In this document: piece by piece, positions 60,844 through 64,000 of the stretch | Layout: each line of letters opens with the position of its first letter | Position numbering within the stretch: position 1 is the first letter of the stretch | Source: an uncultured delta proteobacterium | GTDB lineage: Bacteria; Desulfobacterota; Binatia; UBA9968 | Length of the DNA: 64,000 nt | Direction: 5' to 3' | Assembly (NCBI GenBank): GCA_963745835.1 | Contig: CAVUZH010000003.1 | Span: 352,001 to 416,000, forward strand | Position numbers and translations under genes: made by a program | The notes under the pieces: model-generated | Database searches by the model: none | The model's input: the letters and a program-made list of their open reading frames with translations, nothing else | Told to the model about the DNA's origin: nothing

Positions 60844-60905
60844 GAATTAGATCGTGTTGGTCACGGGATTGGTGTTGATGGTGAGTAAGACACAATGTGG
60901 CAGGT

Positions 60906-62381
60906 TCACTCAGCCGGAGCAGATCCTCGGTTCAACGATAACACCATATCGCCTTTTTGGATGACGATCTGGCGATAGTCCGTTCGCTTCGTCAGGGCAT
61001 CGATCAGATTTACCAGCGGCTGGCGGGCGGTCAGGTATTCCTTGGGCGCGCCCGCGGCGCGCATTGCGGCGATTTCTTCGACACTGAGATTCCAACGCAA
61101 CAATAACTCCTCGTCGGAAACGCCTTCGGCGTTCATTTTCTTGCGCACTTCCGCTACTGACGGTTCAGGCGGCTGCCACTGGGCCCACTCTCGAGCCCTG
61201 GGCCGATCGAGTATCTTTGCTTTAATCACCGGGTCCAACAACTCGGCGCCTTCGCGGCCCCAATAACCCAGCGCATACTGAATGATTTGATCGGTGACTT
61301 CCTTGTAGCGCTCGCCGACGATCACGTTGATAGCAGCCTGGCTGCCGACGAATTGCGACAGCGGCGTGACCATGATCGGATAGCCCAGCTCGGCGCGCAC
61401 CTGCATCGTTTCTTCCAGCGCCTGGTCGATTTTGTGCTCCAATCCGACCTTGCGCAGCTGATGGCGCAAATTGGAAATCATTCCGCCGGGCACTTGATGC
61501 TGGTACTGGGTGTAGTCATATTCCAGCGGCTCGCCGATTGGGAACCCTTCGCGCTTGGCGATGAAGGTGAAATGCTCTGAAACCGGTTTTAAAAGCTCTT
61601 CATCGATGAGCGTCTGATAACCCAGCGCGCGGAGATTTTTAGCGACATTGAAGAGTGAAGGATTCGATGACCCATCGGACAACGGCGGCAAAGCTGTATT
61701 GACGATCTTGATGCCGAGCTTGACGGCTTCCACACAGCAGATCGGCCCCAATCCGGTGGTGCAGTGCGTGTGCAACTCGATAGGAATGCCACCGGCATTC
61801 TCAAAGATAATCGGCACCAGAGTTTTTACCCGTTCGGGTGTGAGCAAGCCGCCGGGATCTTTGAGGCACAGCCGGTTTACTTTGAGCGAGGCCGCATCTC
61901 GGGTTCGCTGCGCGAAATACTGATCGGTGTGCTTGGGCGAAACCGAATAGATCAGATTCAGAACCGGGTTGATACCGACGTCGCGCGCGACTTCAGTTTT
62001 CCAGCGCCATCCTTCCAGCTCGTTCCACTCTTCGGAAATCCGCGCCTCGCGAATACCGTTGGCGGCCATGCGTTCCATGAACAGCCGGTACATCGACTTG
62101 GGAGTAATGTCGAAGGCGCTAAATCGCCCGGCGTTCAAGCGCAGCGGCGTGCGGGTAATCCGCTGGCTCATCAATTTGACCCGAGCCCAGGGATCTTCCT
62201 TGAGCTCGCGCACGCATTTCTTCAAATGGGAACTGGAGATCAATTCGATGGCGTCGAAGCCGGCCCGGTCCATGCGTTCGGCCACAGGCAGCATCATGCC
62301 CGTGGTCATGTTTTCCGCCCACAGGCTCTGATGGCCGTCGCGGATGGTGGTATCGACGAATCTTATTCCGTCAGTCATCAC
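60906..62381 (-). CDS. Carboxyltransferase of the pyruvate carboxylase B/oxaloacetate decarboxylase alpha type, without biotinyl domain
   Basis: DTTIRDGHQS, LKDPGG, HTH, HQVPGGM, LGYPIMVTPLSQFVG; no AMKM motif. Confidence 0.9.
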   Translation of the reverse strand: MMTDGIRFVDTTIRDGHQSLWAENMTTGMMLPVAERMDRAGFDAIELISSSHLKKCVRELKEDPWARVKLMSQRITRTPLRLNAGRFSAFDITPKSMYRLFMERMAANGIREARISEEWNELEGWRWKTEVARDVGINPVLNLIYSVSPKHTDQYFAQRTRDAASLKVNRLCLKDPGGLLTPERVKTLVPIIFENAGGIPIELHTHCTTGLGPICCVEAVKLGIKIVNTALPPLSDGSSNPSLFNVAKNLRALGYQTLIDEELLKPVSEHFTFIAKREGFPIGEPLEYDYTQYQHQVPGGMISNLRHQLRKVGLEHKIDQALEETMQVRAELGYPIMVTPLSQFVGSQAAINVIVGERYKEVTDQIIQYALGYWGREGAELLDPVIKAKILDRPRAREWAQWQPPEPSVAEVRKKMNAEGVSDEELLLRWNLSVEEIAAMRAAGAPKEYLTARQPLVNLIDALTKRTDYRQIVIQKGDMVLSLNRGSAPAE

Positions 62382-62407
62382 TGCTGAGAATCTCCCAAAG
62401 AAGCGTT

Positions 62408-62492
62408 TTCACCGCGTAGGCGCAGAGTACGCAGAGAACTAAATTAAATAATGATAACTCTTCCTCTGCGCTCTCAGCGTCTCAGCGGTGAA
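62408..62492. repeat. REP-like palindrome (family shared with 28081)
   Basis: ttcaccgcgtaggcgcagagtacgcagag...ctctgcgctctcagcgtctcagcggtgaa. Confidence 0.65.
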
Positions 62493-62502
62493 TCCCGGTT
62501 TT

Positions 62503-63360
62503 CTACAGGGTGAGGCCGAAGAACTTCACTGCGTTGTCTAGCATGATCTTCTTGCGCACTTCCGGTTTCATATTGACCTGCTGGAATTCTTCGAGCCAGC
62601 GTTCAACGCCGATGGCCGGCCAATCTGAGCCGAACATCGCCTTGTCCTGAAGCAGGGTATTGATGTTATGCAGCAGCTCGGCCGGGAAATACTTGGGGGC
62701 CCAGCCGGATAGGTCGATGAAATAATTGGCTTTGTGGCGCGCGATGGCTAAGCTCTCCGCCGTCCAGGGCCAGGTCGGATGGGCGCTGATGATCTTCAAC
62801 TCCGGAAAATCGGCGGCCACTTCGTCCAGATAAATCGGCTGGCTGTATTTCAATTTAATGCCCATGCCGCCCGGCGTACCGGCTCCCGCCGCCGCCATGC
62901 CGCCGTGAAACAGAATCGGCATGTTGAGCTTGGCGCATTCCTCCCAGAGCGGATAAAAGCGAACGTCGTTGGCAAAAAAATGTTGCCGCGCCGGATTGAG
63001 CTCGCCCATCCCGTGCAAACCCAGATCTTTACAGCGACGAATTTCATCCAATGCGAGCTTGCCGGTCCAGGGATCGATGGCGCCGAAGGCGAGGAACACG
63101 TCAGGATGTTTCTTGACGGCGCTGGCAACATGATCGTTGGGCACCGGGGTTAAACCGGTGACGGTCTCGTCTCGCGTGTTCATCAGAACCGCCATCATTT
63201 TGCGGGCCCGATACTGATCCGCCAACTCGTCGATGGAAACCGGCGGTCGTTCACGGCCGAAGTATTTCGCCATTTGCGCGGTGCGCGAGCCTTTCGCTTT
63301 TTGTGTGGTTTCATCGGAAAGATGAATGTGAACGTCGATAGCGACGATGTCTCTAGCCAT
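62503..63360 (-). CDS. Amidohydrolase_2 family protein (CouO/beta-ketoacyl-CoA hydrolase-like)
   Basis: IDVHIH, GAGTPGGMGIKLKYSQP, AHPTWPW, IDLSGWAPKYFP, FGSDWP. Confidence 0.85.
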   Translation of the reverse strand: MARDIVAIDVHIHLSDETTQKAKGSRTAQMAKYFGRERPPVSIDELADQYRARKMMAVLMNTRDETVTGLTPVPNDHVASAVKKHPDVFLAFGAIDPWTGKLALDEIRRCKDLGLHGMGELNPARQHFFANDVRFYPLWEECAKLNMPILFHGGMAAAGAGTPGGMGIKLKYSQPIYLDEVAADFPELKIISAHPTWPWTAESLAIARHKANYFIDLSGWAPKYFPAELLHNINTLLQDKAMFGSDWPAIGVERWLEEFQQVNMKPEVRKKIMLDNAVKFFGLTL

Positions 63361-63548
63361 AGTCTCAAATCCTCCTTGTTTGTCTCAACAGCCGGTTAAA
63401 ATTGAATACATTTCTTATTGCACTGCTGGAAACTTAGTTCAAGGCGGACCACAAGGATGAGCTCGATTTCAAGTTCGGTGTTCAGAGCGCAGTCCTCCCT
63501 CCGAATACAACTTAAAATGTCGAGCTCGGAACCTCGAACGGCGAGCGT

Positions 63549-64000
63549 TTACGCGCGCTTCTCAAGCGTCATCGAAAACGCGGGTGTTTGCACTTGTATC
63601 TGGCGACTGCCGGTGCGCTTGGCCAATTCCTGGAGCAGGTTGACCAGGGGCTGTTCGGAATTTAAATATTCCAGCGGCCGCGGATTGGCGCGCATGGCAT
63701 CGATATCCTCTTTGCCGAGAATCCAGCGCAGCAGCAGTTCTTCATCCGAGACGCCCGCTGCATCGAGTCTTTTGCGCATCTCTTCCGCGCTCGGATCGTC
63801 CGGCTGCCAGCGCGCCCACTCTTTGGCGCGCGGCCGGTCAAGAATCCTGGCCTTGACGTTCGGATCCATATCGCGCGCGCCTTCAGAGCCGGCGTGACCG
63901 AGAGCGAACTTGATCACCTGGTCAGTGACTTCTTTGTAGCGCTCGCCGACGATGACATTGATTGCCGCTTGGCTGCCGACGAATTGCGACAGAGGCGTGA
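63549..64000 (-). CDS. Second carboxyltransferase paralogue, 3' part only
   Basis: TPLSQFVGSQAAINVIVGERYKEVTDQ...ILDRPRAKEWA...GVSDEELLLRW, closely similar to 60906..62381. Confidence 0.88.
   Translation of the reverse strand, partial: TPLSQFVGSQAAINVIVGERYKEVTDQVIKFALGHAGSEGARDMDPNVKARILDRPRAKEWARWQPDDPSAEEMRKRLDAAGVSDEELLLRWILGKEDIDAMRANPRPLEYLNSEQPLVNLLQELAKRTGSRQIQVQTPAFSMTLEKRA

Overview
64-kb window from a moderately GC-rich environmental bacterium. The gene content resembles Candidatus Binatia/Deltaproteobacteria-like MAGs, which is an inference. Most of the window is catabolic: 14 NitT/TauT (SsuA/THI5-like) periplasmic-binding-fold genes (at least three without signal peptides) but only one permease/ATPase set; a LigAB-type dioxygenase; a partly duplicated nitroreductase-hydantoinase/oxoprolinase-M24-MmgE/PrpD-cupin cluster; KstD-like, M20, PhoD, RidA and Ald genes; and two biotin-domain-less carboxyltransferase paralogues. 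The most anomalous part is an AT-richer mosaic island (about 10.6-16.9 kb). Most of it lies between two direct, transposon-end-like repeats (TGT plus two GATWATGTCA sites), and no transposase or integrase is visible. It carries a truncated phage lysin plus holin, an HNH gene, two HEPN-like genes, a Trypco2-like gene, an AT-hook/zinc-knuckle/HTH gene, DnaA-box motifs and three paralogues of a small unknown protein. Also present are a solo attC-like site, a MITE family, several REP-like palindromes and an internally deleted amidohydrolase relic. Many genes have small frameshifts, several in homopolymers, which suggests long-read consensus errors. No rRNA, tRNA or CRISPR array was found. All assignments come from motif recognition by eye, not database searches.
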